Shown: positions 12,505-44,624, counted from the stretch's first letter. The stretch is DNA of 64,000 nucleotides from Macrostomum lignano (GCA_002269645.1 NIVC01001505.1:1-64000), one strand, 5' to 3'. The notes: a model not told the origin generated them from the sequence alone. A program made the numbers and translations.

Positions 12505-14654
12505 CAGCGTTGAAGATTCTGGCTTTTTATCTGACTCGTGAACTGATTTTAATGACGAATTTATAGGCCAAATGGCGAATGTAAAGATATGGTAAATGTA
12601 TTTTAATTTTCCATGAAATTTTAAAGACTGACATTGACATTGCTGCCTGATATCTTTAAAGTAACACGTTTAATGAAAATATCGCTGTTAGCTTATGGCT
12701 TTTTAATTATCATTTGGCCACCAAAACTTACTTATATAAACAAAAAATCTACATGGGAGTTTTTAAACTAAGGCTCCATTTTCTTGCGTTTAATAACCAT
12801 CTTCAATAGTTTGCAATTTTTTTGGTTATTATGGTCTTGTATTCATTAACTTTTGCTCGGGTGTTTGTGTTGCATTCATTAAATGCTAGCAATGCTATGG
12901 TTTTTATAGGACCAAAAATACGTCTCAGAACAACGAAATGCAGCACTAAAAATTGAAAAATAATAAGAGTGCTTAAAACCCGCGCGCAAGCATAGGCCGC
13001 GCTGCCGACCGAATTCAGAGCGCCGGCGTCAGCAACAAAGTAGTTGGAAGAAACGCGCAGAGTTTGCTTGTCTCGCCTGTAGTATGCCTGCAGTATAAGC
13101 AGCAGCATCTGTTCCAAATGCATGCATGTTATACTTGACAGCGCCCGTCATTGGGATTCTATCCTACATTCCTACCAAACGTGTGTAATAGGCCTTTGTT
13201 CTATCCTATGAACTTCCAATAATGCAACCAAGTTTTAATAGGGCTGATGCTTCTGTATCTAATCCCACCGGTAAGTCAACAAGCTGTCACAATGTCCTTT
13301 GTTCTCTCTAAATCTCAATCGCTGTCACCAGTTACAGGGCTAATTATCTACTGTCTTTAGAATCGGTCTTATACTTAGTATATACGCTCGTATGTCTGAG
13401 TATATGTTATCCTTTACTGGTAGCGTTCCTATTTTATACTGGTAGCATTCTTACTTAGTTCTGGTGGCATTATATGTAAGCGGCCTGAGCGGTGTATTAC
13501 TGTTATTGCTACTGGTATATGTACTGAATGTATTTCTTTCAGTCCTGACGTTCCCGAGATTAGAGGGTCACAGCCTTCGTCGGTGTTCTATAAGTCTGCT
13601 TCGAGATGTAATTCGTCTCCTTTTACTTCGTTTTTTTACTACTCGGTAGTATATACGGTACACGTTCCTTCTACTTCACTTTACTTAAAATTAGCAGTCT
13701 AATTAAATTCTCAAATAATTTACTCAGAACACTCCTTATCAATTGCTAGCTTTATTAGTGTCTGAAACCACATTTGGCGAGGTTGGTCTTTCTCACCGAA
13801 AACTATCGTTTATTTATTTTGAGACTGATTCAAACAAAGCTTAATTGCAGTAAATATTTCAAGAAATACGAGCATTAAAACAAAATATTTTTCTTAGAAA
13901 CGCGCAGATTTGAAATTGCTTAGATAGATTGATCGTCGCTATTTTCTACTCTTGGATTTTATTAAATACACTGACGTATACTGGCCAAACAAACAGGCTT
14001 CCTGCCTGAGCCAAACTTACTACTACTTTCGCGTAAAAATAAAGAAGGCCTTCCACACGTGTTTTATTCGAGTTTGAAGTATATATGGTGCAGTTGTAAA
14101 AAATAAGCCAGTGTAGCCTAGGCCTACTGAAATAAAATTACTTCCATGTTTTAGAACGATCTTCTATAATAAACCTTTCAACCTTTGTTATATATTTAAG
14201 TGCGTTTGCTATTCTAAGAATTTTATGTAAGAAGCCAAATTAGGCCCCCTAGGCCTATGTATGTCTAAGTATAAGACTAATATAGACTCCTAACAGACTC
14301 CTATAGGTATATAGGTTGTCTTATATATATATAATATTTATATATAGATAGATAGATATATAAAATATATATATTATTTGCCTTACTATAAATCTTATAT
14401 AAATTTTACCATTTTCAATCCTTCAATAATTTCATTCCCAATTTGAAAAACTATTCAAAATAAAAGAATGCATGGCATATAACAATGTTACCAAGTGATC
14501 CATGGCATGAGTTATAATTTATAAATCACAATATACTTCTTAATGAACTAATTCTAATAGAACTATTAGAATATCCTTAATGCAATAATAATGGTATACA
14601 ATGCCAATAAACATATATGCCCAACACCTAACATCCAAACCAGACAGGTAAAAT

Positions 14655-15355
14655 GGCCGGTTGACGGTCATTTCATCTGCCGCCTTTTCGTCTGCCGCCT
14701 TTTCGTCTGCCAATATACGATATAGTCGTTTCGTCTGCCAATATATATAATATATAAATCGGAATAACTAATTATGTCATCAAGCTTCGCATGGAAGTGT
14801 AATGTAAATGTCTTATTAATTGTAATTTATTATAATGCTAGGATTTTTCTGAAAGTTCCGGAGCTAATATGTTGCAAATACACAAAGCCAGAAGCAAGTA
14901 TCTCCAACCGTTTAGTTTCCTTCCAACTTTCTTTTTACAAATAATTGCAAAATTTTTAAAATTGTAAAATTTTGTAAATTGTAAATTGTAAAATTGTAAA
15001 ATGTTTTTACAAATTACGCATCAAGGCCCACTAGAAGTTACGTTGTAACGGTAACTTCTAGTGGTCCTTGTTACGCATGCGTCCATGGTGAAAAATTATC
15101 GATAACACCACTTTCTCAGAAAATAACTTCGCATCGATGCGTCGTAGAAAATGAAGAAAAACAAAATGTATCAATATAAATAAGAAAACATACTTAAAAC
15201 TTGCTTATACTAATTTATTTTAATTCCCTACATAAAAAATACTAAATAAGTGAACCAAAATAAACATAAATAAAAAAGTCGTTTCGTCTGCTAAAATTCT
15301 TTGGCAGACGAAAAGGCGGCAGACGAAATGACCGCAGACCAAATGGCCGCCAGCC
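14655..15355. mobile_element. ~700-bp MITE-like element with repeated subterminal motifs
   Basis: The left arm (...CGGTCATTTCATCTGCCGCCTTTTCGTCTGCC) is the reverse complement of the right arm (GGCAGACGAAAAGGCGGCAGACGAAATGACCG...). GGC/GCC termini are flanked by AT on both sides. Superfamily not assigned. Confidence 0.6.
15023..15069. repeat. Dispersed palindromic hairpin AGGACCACTAGAAGTTAC...GTAACTTCTAGTGGTCCT (other copies at 24115-24180 and 48573-48625)
   Basis: Near-perfect 18-24-bp arms with variable loops, found at three sites. Confidence 0.8.
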
Positions 15356-16498
15356 ATGATAAGTCACAAAATCAAAAATGCAAAAAAACAAACAGTTATG
15401 GGAAGAAAAAAGGAAATGAAGAGAAAAAGAAAAGAAAAGAGGAAGGAGAAAGAGGGAAAAGAAGAGAGAAAAAGAAAGAGAATAAAAGAGAAAAGGCAAG
15501 AAAAGACATATAAAAGGGAAAATTAAGTTGCAATCAGGGGAACTAAGTTGCAATCAAGAGGAACTAAGTTGCAATTGGGAAGAACTAAGTTGCAAATCTG
15601 GACAAAACTAAGTCACACTGGATGGATGAAATTTTGAGGTTGTGCATGTATGCCAATAAATTAGGACCCTCTTGCTACAAATATAAATATCTTAAATAAA
15701 GTGGCATAAAATCATTTAATAATAAATTCTAAAAACATGCTTTGGTTATAGCTTTATATATATATTATTTATAAATATATTATTTATGTGAATCAACTAA
15801 TGCATAGATACTTGATTAATCAAATATTTAAAAAAATTGATAATTTAGTTAAGAAATTGTTTCATTAGACCTAAAACTATTGCATATATAGTATCTGGAT
15901 TTTGTTGCTGTTAAACCTTAAAATCTTATTTTATAAAATGAAAATATGATGTATAGACCTATGGAGAAAATAAAATGAAATATTTTATGCCTTAGTCAAC
16001 ATTTATTATTGTAATGTTTTGATATGTTTTGACTACTTATAAGATTAGGTTTATTTTTTAAAGAACTTTCATGCTCTAGTAATAACAATAAGAATAATAG
16101 TTTATAATAAAAATGCTGATTTTGATCATTATACTTCTTTTACTATTCTTCTTTATATATAGTTTACTATTTTTTGTGAAAGTATAGTTATTGAACTATT
16201 TCTTTAAGCAATAAAAGGCCTTACAACTTCAATCTAAGCTCATTCTATAACCATTGAATGACAACTAGCTTCTTTAGTATAATTTTTGTGCACAAACAGA
16301 ATTCAAAACTTTGATTAATGTTTCATAAATCCAATGTGAAACACAGACTAATATTGCTGTGCAGGCCTACTGTCAGTGTATTTATCAGCAGTGCCTGCAT
16401 GTCAAATTCCTTTTTGTTTGTCCAGTTCATGTCACCTACTGGCTCTTGATTTAAGTGAAGTGTCGCATTAACTTAGATTGCAGATATTGCTGTCCAGC

Positions 16499-18859
<2,361 letters not shown>

Positions 18860-18921
18860 TGACTTTTGGCGGTATTTCGAGATTTATCAGAATTTTTTAA
18901 TTAAGCTGAGATTTAAGGAAT

Positions 18922-19157
18922 ACGGGACCTCGAATTTGAGGATTCGAATACGGGACCTCGAATTTGAGGATTCGAATACGGGACCTCGAATTTGAGGATT
19001 CGAATACGGGACCTCGAATTTGAGGATTCGAATACGGGACCTCGAATTTGAAGATTCGAATACGGGACCTCGAATTTGAGGATTCGAATACGGGACCTCG
19101 AATTTGAGGATTCGAATACGGGACCTCGAATTTGAAGATTCGAATACGAGACCTCGA
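18922..19157. repeat. 28-bp tandem repeat (GGGACCTCGAATTTGAGGATTCGAATAC) x ~8
   Basis: Direct, head-to-tail, no spacers. Confidence 0.95.
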
Positions 19158-19536
19158 GTTACATGATTCGAAATCGAAAAATTTAGCTGCGACATCCTTT
19201 TCGTGACTGTTTGTACTTTTTAAAAGTCCATTTTAAAAATGAAGCGTATAAAGTGCAACTCTGTATGTTGCGTCAAGCGCAACAATTTGACGCTTAAGCG
19301 CCCGTTGTGCTTAATCAGTAATTTATGTTGTAGTTACTATGCATGTCATATTTTATTCACGTAGAATGTCTTATATACATGGTTTACTTTTCTCCTTCAG
19401 TTTTTTAGAATATTAGCGTAGAAATATTTTATGTAGATATAGTATTCTGTTTATTCAGAATTTTATGCCAAAGTTCAAAGCAGTTCTTTTGTAGGTACAA
19501 GCATTGGGGTGATTTTTAGCTACCGAACGATATCCC

Positions 19537-19843
19537 AAATCCCAAGGTCATATCGGCATCTTAATAAATCCCAAGGTCAAATCGGCATCTCAATAAATCC
19601 CAAGGTCATATCGACATCTCAATAAAATCCCAAGGTCATATCGGCATCTTAATAAATCCCAAGGTCAAATCGGCATCTCAATAAATCCCAAGGTCATATC
19701 GACATCTCAATAAAATCCCAAGGTCATATCGGCATCTTAATAAATCCCAAGGTCAAATCGCCATCTTAATCAATCCCAAGGTCATATCGGCATCTTAATA
19801 AATCCCAAGGTCAAATCGCCATCTTAATCAATCCCAAGGTCAT
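19537..19843. repeat. ~30-bp tandem repeat (AAATCCCAAGGTCATATCGGCATCTTAAT-like) x ~10
   Basis: Direct. Unit variants recur in a higher-order pattern. Confidence 0.92.
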
Positions 19844-20228
19844 TTCACTACCTATCCCCCATGAGTGCCAGTAATAACTGTTTATGTTTTGATTGCATTT
19901 CTCAAACTGCAACAAATTATTTGTAAAAAAAACATTTTTATTCGCGACCGATTGTTTCTATTTACGAGCTACATCCAAGGAATTGTTGATTGGCTCGTCT
20001 TAATTTGAATGCCAACTGTGTTACACGTACCGCTGTATCAAATATAAGATTCACATATGGTTTCAGTAGTTATCGGGTGCTGATGCGGAGTGTTTGTAGA
20101 CTGAGATAGCGATTCTTTAAATTTATTTTTATCAAAATTTACTTTTTTAGTTTTTTGTATTCCTGGGAGTATTCCTTTAGAAGTTATTGGTTACCGAGCA
20201 TGTCTTTTGGTGATTGTGTTGTCTGCCT

Positions 20229-20286
20229 ATTTATGTGTCCGTCTGTCTGCTGTCTGTCTGTCTGTCTTTGTGTCTGTCTGTCTTTG

Positions 20287-20323
<37 letters not shown>

Positions 20324-20342
20324 TTGTGTCTGTCTGTCTTTG

Positions 20343-20395
<53 letters not shown>
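20229..20395. repeat. (GTCT)n microsatellite upstream of the Speedy coding exon
   Basis: Direct. It ends shortly before a TTTAG| acceptor at 20417. Confidence 0.95.
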
Positions 20396-20484
20396 CAAGT
20401 CTAGACTTTTTCTTTAGATGCCCCTCAATCAAACACCCCCTTGCCCCGAACCTTCAGTGGCCGCTGTCCAGCTCTCTACTTGGC

Positions 20485-23102
20485 ATGCTGGCCAACGCTC
20501 GCAGTCGCGCCCTCTCCTTCGTCCGAGAATTCTTCGGCAACGACGAGGAGGAGGAGCAGCAGCAGCGAGGCGAGAACGGCAGCACCTCGGCGGAGATTCC
20601 GACATCGACCACGACTGCCACAGAGGCATCCACGGTGCCGAAGAAGCCGCCGGCCAGCTGCAGCACGGCATCGAGTGCCAGCTTGATCAAGCCGGTAGCC
20701 TGCAGAATCGACAGCACCGACCGGGACTTCGACGATGAGGATGACGACGGCGGCGCCGGCAGCGAGTCGAAGGTGTCGGCCGGCGACTTGACCCGCCGCC
20801 TGCATCACTATGGCAACCTGCTGGCCAAGGACTGCGTGATCCGGCAGTTCCTATTGGACGACTCCTGCCTGAGGCTGGCCGACCGGACTCTGCTGGCCAT
20901 CGCTTTCGTGTACTTCATCCGCTGCCGACTCAAACTCGGCGAGTACAATCGCAACAATTTCTTTGCCTGTCTGTGGCTGGCTCACGAGACCGAGGAGGAA
21001 TATGACAACCTGCGGCTGGCGCTCCTGCCCGCCTGGCTCGGCCGCCGCTGGACCCGGCTGTTGAAGCACGCTGGCAAGGCCAGGACTGAGTGAGGCGTTG
21101 TGCCGCACGGGATTGCTTGTTGTTAAAGGGCTTTTGGGGGAATTCGTTTTGTAGATTGCGGAGCAGATTTCTGTAGATTGGGCAGTAGATTTCTGTAGAT
21201 TGGGAGTAGATTTCTGTAGATTGGGAGTAGATTTCTGTAGATTGGGGAGTAGATTTCTGTAGATTGGGTAGTAGATTTCTGTAGATTGGGGAGTAGATTT
21301 CTGTAGATTGGGGAGTATATTTCTGTAGATTGGGGAGTATATTTCTGTAGATTGGGGAGTAGATTTCAGTAGATTGGGGAGTAGATTTATGTAGATTAGG
21401 GAGTAGATTTCAGTAGATTGGGGAGTAGATTTCTGTAGATTGGGGAGTATATTTCTGTAGATTGGGCAGTAGATTTCTGTAGATTGGGGATCGTAGATTT
21501 CTGTAGATTTGGGAGTAGATTTCTGTAGATTGGGCAGTAGATTTCTGTAGATTGGGGATCGTAGATTTCTGTAGATTTGGGAGTAGATTTCTGTAGATTG
21601 GGGAGTAGATTTCTGTAGATTGGGGAGTAGATTTCTGTAGATTGGGGAGTAGATTTCAGTAGATTTGGGAGTAGATTTCTGTAGATTGGGGAGCAGATTT
21701 CTGTAGATTGGGCAGTAGATTTCTGTAGATTGGGCAGTAGATTTCTGTAGATTGGGCAGTAGATTTCTGTAGATTGGGCAGTAGATTTCTGTAGATTAGG
21801 GAGTAGATTTCTGTAGATTGGGGAGTAGATTTCTGTAGATTGGGGAGTAGTTTTCTGTAGATTGGGGAGTAGATTTCTGTAGATTGGGGAGTAGATTTCT
21901 GTAGATTGGGGAGTAGTTTTCTGTAGATTGGGGAGTAGATTTCTGTAGATTGGGGAGTAGATTTCTGTAGATTGGGGAGTAGATTTCTGTAGATTGGGGA
22001 GTAGATTTCAGTAGATTTGGGAGTAGATTTCTGTAGATTGGGGAGCAGATTTCTGTAGATTGGGGAGTAGATTTCTGTAGATTGGGGAGTAGATTTCTGT
22101 AGATTGGGCAGTAGATTTCTGTAGATTGGGCAGTAGATTTCTGTAGATTTGGGAGTAGATTTCTGTAGATTTGGTAAAGTGGGGAGTAGATTTCTGTAGA
22201 TTGGGGAGTAGACTTCTGTAGATTGGGGAGTAGATTTCTGTAGATTGGGGAGTAGATTTCAGTAGATTAGGGAGTAGATTTCTGTAGATTGGGCAGTAGA
22301 TTTCTGTAGATTGGGCAGTAGATTTCTGTAGATTGGGCAGTAGATTTCTGTAGATTGGGCAGTAGATTTCTGTAGATTTGGGAGTAGATTTCTGTATATT
22401 TGGTAAAGTGGGGAGTAGATTTCTGTAGATTGGGGAGTAGACTTCTGTAGATTGGGGAGTAGATTTCTGTAGATTGGGCAGTAGATTTCTGTAGATTGGG
22501 AGTAGATTTCTGTAGATTTGGTAAAGTGTGGAGTAGAATGCGGATTTAGGAGTAGATGTGGACCCTCCGGTCTCTCCTGCAATTTTTGTTATGAATCCCC
22601 AATCTAGGTGGAAATTACTGTTAAAGAAAGAACTGCAGCAGTCTCAAAAAGCCACTCATAAAATCCTGTCAGGTTGTGGCGCCGCATGCGCTACCGCACG
22701 CTGGTCACGCGCAGTCAGTTGGCGCCAATTATGGCGCGCATCGAGCGCCACCTGCCTCACGTGGCCTGGCGGGAGCGGCCGTCGCCCGGGCCGCACCCGA
22801 CGGCTCTGAGGCGGCACCGACAGCCGTCGTTCAGCGCCGACTCGGAGTCCGGGCCGAACTGCGCCTGGTGTCGGCGAGATCAAAGGCCCGCGAATAGGAA
22901 ATCTGCTCAGCAGAAGTGCAAAAATCTGTCGCAAGAAACGGCGGAAAAAGAAGATGAAGAAGAGAAAGAGGTCACGCAGCAGCATCGAAGAAGCAACATC
23001 CGGCTGCGGCCGCTGCGCTATCGATCCATTATCGATCTGTCGTCCGACGAGGAACCGCCGCAGGCGAAACAGCCTCGCCGGTCTCGTCGCTTGCAGCACT
23101 GA
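20485..23102 (+). CDS. Speedy/RINGO-family CDK activator; exons 20485-21089 (may extend 5' to the acceptor at 20418) and 22673-23102
   Basis: The Speedy box DCVIRQFLLDDSCLRLADRTLLAIAFVYFIRCRLKLGEYNRNNFFACLWLAHETEEE is followed by GA|GTGAGG. It joins in phase 2 to GTCAG|G-LWRRMRYRTLVTRSQLAPIMARIERHLPHVAWRER, which matches the Speedy LWxRxxYRAxVSR...WxRER segment. Confidence 0.85.
21111..22530. repeat. 22-bp minisatellite (GTAGATTGGGGAGTAGATTTCT) x ~60, filling the Speedy intron
   Basis: Direct periodicity. Confidence 0.97.
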
Positions 23103-25318
23103 TCGATAGATTTGTTGCTGCTTCTTAAAAGTAAAGAACCCAAATAGTCAACAATCGAAGCTGCTTGACTTTCTGTGTCTGTAATATTTCTTTTCGGAAG
23201 CAAAACTGCATTTTCGAGAAAATCGGTGGAGAAATTGTTCTTTCCTACTTCAAGTAGTCTCAAACAGGCTTCTATGTACTGTCGTTGCAGTTTTGTTTTT
23301 CCAGTTTTTTATTGCACACAGTTTGGCTTTGCATTTGGTAGCTTCGTTTTGTTTGTTTTTTGTTTTTTCGTGTTTTCATCATTTTTGTTAGTTACGAGGA
23401 GTGTTGCAAAAGTTTCCGGACTTGTGTTGACTGTGTGAACGACTGGGCGAATGCAAAGCGATACGACATTTGCCATACACAACTTGCTGGTTGAATATTA
23501 TGAGGAAAATGAAACTCAAATACGTGTAGAGCCAACGCGGCCCGGGAACTTTAGCAACAGGATCCTCGTATTATTTTGTTGGCGTTTATTTTCGCTTTAA
23601 ATATCATGCATTTTGCCCCTAATATTTTACTGTTCAACCAGTCTGTTTTTGTCGATAAAATTTCCAAGTTATTACAATAAATATAAATCTCGTGTCAAAG
23701 TTTGCTAAGTTTATTTTCAGTTTTTCTACTACATGTAAGGTTTAAAACTTGTGTAGATTATTTGTGTGATTGCTGGTTTGCTTTTATTTGCTGTGGCGGC
23801 TAGTGACGTGTCGGAGATAATTCGAATATTTAGTGTCGGAAATATGCATTCCGAATTGAAATTTCGGAGATATGAAGTGTCGGAGCGAGCTTCGATCATC
23901 TCAAGTGTTTTCTCGTAGGTCGATTCGATCCATGCACGCAGTAAGAATTGGTGGAAATTTCGACCTTTAATAGCCCCGAGACCAATAGATACAGAGGCAT
24001 GATTCTGCTTGTGAACACCGACGAGCGCACGCTATTGACTTTCTCGTAAAATTGTGATTCAATGCTGATGCAATTGGTAATTATTGGGCGAGGATGATCG
24101 GTGGGGAACAATGGATCTAAGGACCGCTAGAAGTTACCGTTTTGTGAATTACCGTTGGTAACTTCTAGTGGTCCTTAGATCGAGGGGTGCATGGGGAAAA
24201 ACTACATGATGGCTATGTTAGATTGTGTAAGATTTCCCACAGTATTATCTACTACGAGTATTAATAGATTGCTTGTTTCCCATTGGCCCAAACTGAGAAT
24301 CACCATCGACAGTACTCCAGCTGCATGGTCTCCAAATCTTTTTTTTCAAATTAAAAAATTATCTGAATACAGTAGATACATGTTAACACGCGTCACGTCG
24401 ACCAATAAGTTTAGAATACATGTAAATAATAAACTTTTTAATTGACTGAAAAAACACGCGACTATTAGAAAAGGCTGGGACAAATTTGCTTTCCAACAAA
24501 AGCAGTCAGGCTTAAGGCTTGAGTACATGTACAATGAATAATGTAATTTCCATTGACAAGCGTAATTCCATTATTTGTACCTATACTGTATAGTCATACA
24601 ATTCAAGAGATGGTCCTTGAATTTAGTCTGTGGGCTACTAATAACATTTAGCTATGTACAGCAGCCTTGCTGCTCTACAAATGTACAGCCATAGAGCCGT
24701 AAAGTATACTTACTGGTTTATGACTTGGACCACAGATGAAGTCCTGTTTTATACTAAGAAAGGTTCAATAGGGAATAAAAGGGGGTTAAATATTTCACTC
24801 TTAAAATTTGTTCATTGCACGAAATATTTTCATACCGTCGACAAAGCACTAAAGCACATGATAGACCATTGCATATAACAGTACAGTGGTACTTGCAACA
24901 AAGATCGTGACGGGTAGGATCGGGAGTAGTTCGAAGAGTTCGTCGGAATCGTGTACGAGGTTTGCTCGCGATAAACCAAATAAAACAAAATTTAAAGAAA
25001 CAAACACTGCCTTTGGTTTACCCAAGGCAACTTTGCTAATTAAGTACTAAAAAATAAAAACTTCTGGCCACACATGCAGGCACTTCTCGGTATTCACTTA
25101 TCGATTTAGCGTACTCTTTTTTTCGTTTTTTGCAATTCGAGATTTTGATTTTTAAACTAGCCACACCCATCACCACAGTGCAAATTATGCAGCTTATAAC
25201 ATGTTGAAAATGTACGAATTACAGTTTCACTGTATAAAACTCTATTTAAGTGGCAAAATATAGTACTCATCGCTCTATTCTAACCCAAGGCAAAGTCAAC
25301 CATAGTTAATGAGAGCTG

Positions 25319-41011
<15,693 letters not shown>

Positions 41012-41934
41012 AAGCTGCTTAAATGATTGTGAGCGACAGTCATTGAGAGCCTACAATGCACCCTCTATTAGTAAACTATGCACTAAAGACGTTTGTTTTT
41101 CGTTTGAATTCGCCTTGCATTCCGTACTATCCAATCCTATTGTTTTTGTGTAAATTTTGCCAGTGCAAGGAAGGCACGATTAAAATCATTTGAGAATCTT
41201 TTATTATAAAAAATCATTGTCAAAAAACCTTTAAAAATATTCAATTTCAACACTTTCATTTCCTTCTCGTTTGGGTTTAAGCGTTTCATATTTTTAAGTA
41301 ATAAAATTCTCTATTTTCTAAATTTGGTACTGTTATCAGTAGTTTTTATCTAATTTTTCATACAAGTACTTAAGTCTCTGATATCCCTATTCATTACATG
41401 CTTAACACTCAGATTTACACCAGCCGTGCGTCTTACTTTATTGACCAAAAATGCGACTTACCTATGAAAGAAACAAGCAAAAATTTACGAATTTAGGTAA
41501 ACGACACGAGTAAATTTAGCTGTATTATTAAGGCAAAATGCCTCAGATATGTTCGTTGACAGCCAATCTCTTTAAATGAATTAAAATAAAAACCATTTTA
41601 AAAAATTTCCTCTTGGTTACGTTCTTACTTTCTGCAGTTTTTTTCTTGTTTTAGATTTAAGAAGACTATTTTTCATAATATATATTAAAATATTAAATAC
41701 ATCAGCGTACTCTAGTAACCTTAGTGCTCCGTTTAAAACTTATTTACGGCGGTTTTTGTCATTGACACGACTTGTCATTATATCGTCATTTTCTGTCTCT
41801 TCACTGAGTCTTCAGGGTTCACAGCCGGTCATCCGGTCTTCTGATGACTGACTGCTTTGACATTTTGCCGACAGTAAGAGTCTTTGAGCACGCGTGAATT
41901 AGGGCGGGTAGATTACTATGGATTAGGGGTTAGT

Positions 41935-43250
41935 TTTCTGTAGATTGCGGGTAGGTTTCTGTAGATTGCGGGTAGGTTTCTGTAGATTGCAGGTAGGTTT
42001 CTGTTGATTGGGGGTGGGTTTCTGTAGATTGGGGGTAGGTTTCTGTAGATTGGGGGTAGGTTTCTGTAGATTGGGGGTAGGTTTCTGTAGATTGGGAGTA
42101 GGTTTTTTTTGATTGGGGGTAGGTTTCTGTAGATTGGGGGTAGGTTTCTGTAGATTGGGTTAGTTTTCTGTAGATTGGGAGTAGGTTTCTTTTGATTGGG
42201 GGTAGGTTTCTGTAGATTGGGGGTAGGTTTCTGTAGATTGGGTTAGTTTTCTGTAGATTGGGAGTAGGTTTCTTTTGATTGGGGTAGGTTTCTGTAGATT
42301 GGGGTAGGTTTCTGTAGATTGGGAGTAGATTTCTGTAAATTGGGGTACATTAGGTTTCTGTAGAATGGGGGTAGGTATCTGTAGATTGGGATAGGTTTCT
42401 GTAGATTGGGGTAGGTTTCTGTAGATTGGGGGTAGGTTTCTGTAGATTGGGGGTAGGTTTCTGTAGATTGGGGGTAGGTTTCTGTAGATTGGGGGTAGGT
42501 TTCTGTTGATTGGGGGTAGGTTTCTGTAGATTGGGGGTAGGCTTCTGTAGATTGGGTTAGTTTTCTGTAGATTGGGAGTAGGTTTCTTTTGATTGGGGGT
42601 AGGTTTCTGTAGATTGGGGGTAGGTTTCTGTAGATTGGGTTAGTTTTCTGTAGATTGGGAGTAGGTTTCTTTTGATTGGGGGTAGGTTTCTGTAGATTGG
42701 GGTAGGTTTCTGTAGATTGGGAGTAGATTTCTGTAAATTGGGGTACATTAGGTTTCTGTAGAATGGGGGTAGGTATCTGTAGATTGGGATAGGTTTCTGT
42801 AGATTGGGGTAGGTTTCTGTAGATTGGGGGGTAGGTTTCTGTAGATTGGGGGTAGGTTTCTGTAGATTGGGTTAGTTTTCTGTAGATTGGGAGTAGGTTT
42901 CTTTTGATTGGGGGTAGGTTTCTGTAGATTGGGGTAGGTTTCTGTAGATTGGGAGTAGATTTCTGTAAATTGGGGTACATTAGGTTTCTGTAGAATGGGG
43001 GTAGGTATCTGTAGATTGGGGTAGGTTTCTGTAGATTGGGGTAGGTTTCTGTAGATTGGGGGGTAGGTTTCTGTAGATTGGGGGTAGGTTTCTGTAGATT
43101 GGGGGTAGGTTTCTGTAGATTGGGGGTAGGTTTCTGTAGATTGGGGGTAGGTTTCTGTTGATTGGGGGGTAGGTTTCTGTAGATTGAGGGTAGGTTTCTG
43201 TAGATTGGGGGGTAGGTTTCTGTAGATTGGGGGTAGGTTTCTGTTGTTTG
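41935..43250. repeat. 21-bp minisatellite (GTAGATTGGGGGTAGGTTTCT), paralogous to the Speedy intron array
   Basis: Direct. It is the source of the QSTETYP/NLQKPTP repeat ORFs. Confidence 0.96.
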
Positions 43251-43882
43251 GGGAACTGCATGGCTCAGATCGGACCTGTCTAACAGGGACATCTGCGTCA
43301 TCCAATCCGAGGACCTCCTTCCTGGGAAGACCATCCCTCATAGCCTCGGTTTACCTACCACGCAATGCTGCCGTCAGATCGATGACTGGGCTGACTCCCT
43401 CCACAGGGTCAGATGGGCGGGCACCCAAAACTGCCGGCAATCTCGTGCCGCGGTTCCGTGCTCCTCTTGCAGGCTCAGAAACGTCCTTCTGAACCAAAAT
43501 CGGAAGGATATTCGAGCCCTTGTCATGACCTTTACCGGCCATGGCTACCTCGCCAGGCACTGCTTCCTCCGAGGCGACCTCGAGAGTGAACTTTGCCTTT
43601 TTTGCGAGTACCACAATGAAGATGCTCAGCACTTGGTTTGTCACTGCCCTTTCTTTACGAGAGACGAGGTCTGCCAGCCCGACAGCATCTCACGGCTCAT
43701 CCAGACAAGACGAGCCACTTTCTTCCTCACGGAAGATCACGCTGCAGGACGGACTGACGGACCACCCTGACCGGCCCCACGCCTCTGCCTGTCTGCGGGC
43801 CTTCAGGGGCTAGCGGAATGGGCGACCCTCGCCTCCCGCTGTGTCTACGAACCACCCTGCAGCTAAGCCAAGTAAGAAGTAG
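43250..43882 (+). mobile_element. 3' fragment of a non-LTR retrotransposon
   Basis: ALVMTFTGHGYLARHCFLRGDLESELCLFCEYHNEDAQHLVCHCPFF is the TGH...CxxC...H...C tail typical of RNase H-bearing LINEs. The 3' end is CCCTGCAGCTAAGCCAAGTA. Confidence 0.75.
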
Positions 43883-44199
43883 ATTGGGGAGTAGATTTCT
43901 GTAGATTTTAAAGTAGATTTCGGGGAAAATACTTGTTAAAGAAAACTGCAGCTGTCTCAACAACCATACAAAAGATCCGGTCAGTTATAGATCACAGAGT
44001 CTACATGCCTGACGAATAGAAAGTTGTGTGAGAATGTGTACGAGTGCATTTGTATGTGTTCTGGAGACAGCAGAATCGGTAGGTAAAACTGTCTCAGCGT
44101 TGGATGCGGGATGGTTTCGCCGCAGGCGTTGCGCCAGGGTGCCCGCAGCCCTCCTGCACTTATTTTATTTTTTTATTAGAGGCAGGGGGGTTGTGTGCA

Positions 44200-44528
44200 C
44201 CCTGGCGCACTTTAAGCGACATTGTCACACAACCGGCGAGAGGCATTACTGCCCATTCCGCCGACTCCCCTGAGCAGGCATACAAGCGCGCGGATACGTA
44301 CGCAGGCACACACTCACACAGGAGTGTACAGCGGCCCTAACTTTATTTTTATCGTTAGGCATGTACACTTCACTGCGCCTTGGGGGGTTGGCTCTCAAGG
44401 CCGTTAATTGCACGGGCAGAGCCAAGCCGAGATTCCAATTCAGCCCCAAATTAATGTGACTGCACTTGGAATCGAACCTGGGTCACTGGCACACCAGAGC
44501 CTGCGCTAGACCGCTGGGCTACGGCCCC
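44200..44528 (-). mobile_element. tRNA-derived SINE, copy 2
   Basis: Minus-strand head GGGGCCGTAGCCCAGCGGTCTAGCGC...GGTTCGATTCC (A and B boxes), homologous to 3237-3562. Confidence 0.82.
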
Positions 44529-44624
44529 CCTTCCTGCGCTTATGATATAGATCCCCAATTTCTGGGAAAATTCTTGTTTAACAACTCTAGCAGTCTCAAC
44601 AAGCCACACATAAAATCCGGTCAG

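Noticed and set aside
13136-13760. Possible solo LTR (TG...CA)
   Set aside because: No second copy, PBS/PPT or TSD to support it.
18922-19157. 28-bp repeat with internal palindromes (CCTC...GAGG, TTCGAA) as a CRISPR array
   Set aside because: Units are head-to-tail with no unique spacers, there are no cas genes, and the context is eukaryotic.
42243-43341. QSTETYP/NLQKPTP repeat ORFs as a mucin- or adhesive-like protein (also the repeat ORFs at 22259-22582, 55516-55938 and 61897-63709)
   Set aside because: Stop-free frames are a by-product of short minisatellite units. There is no signal peptide or splice context, and several frames are open at once.
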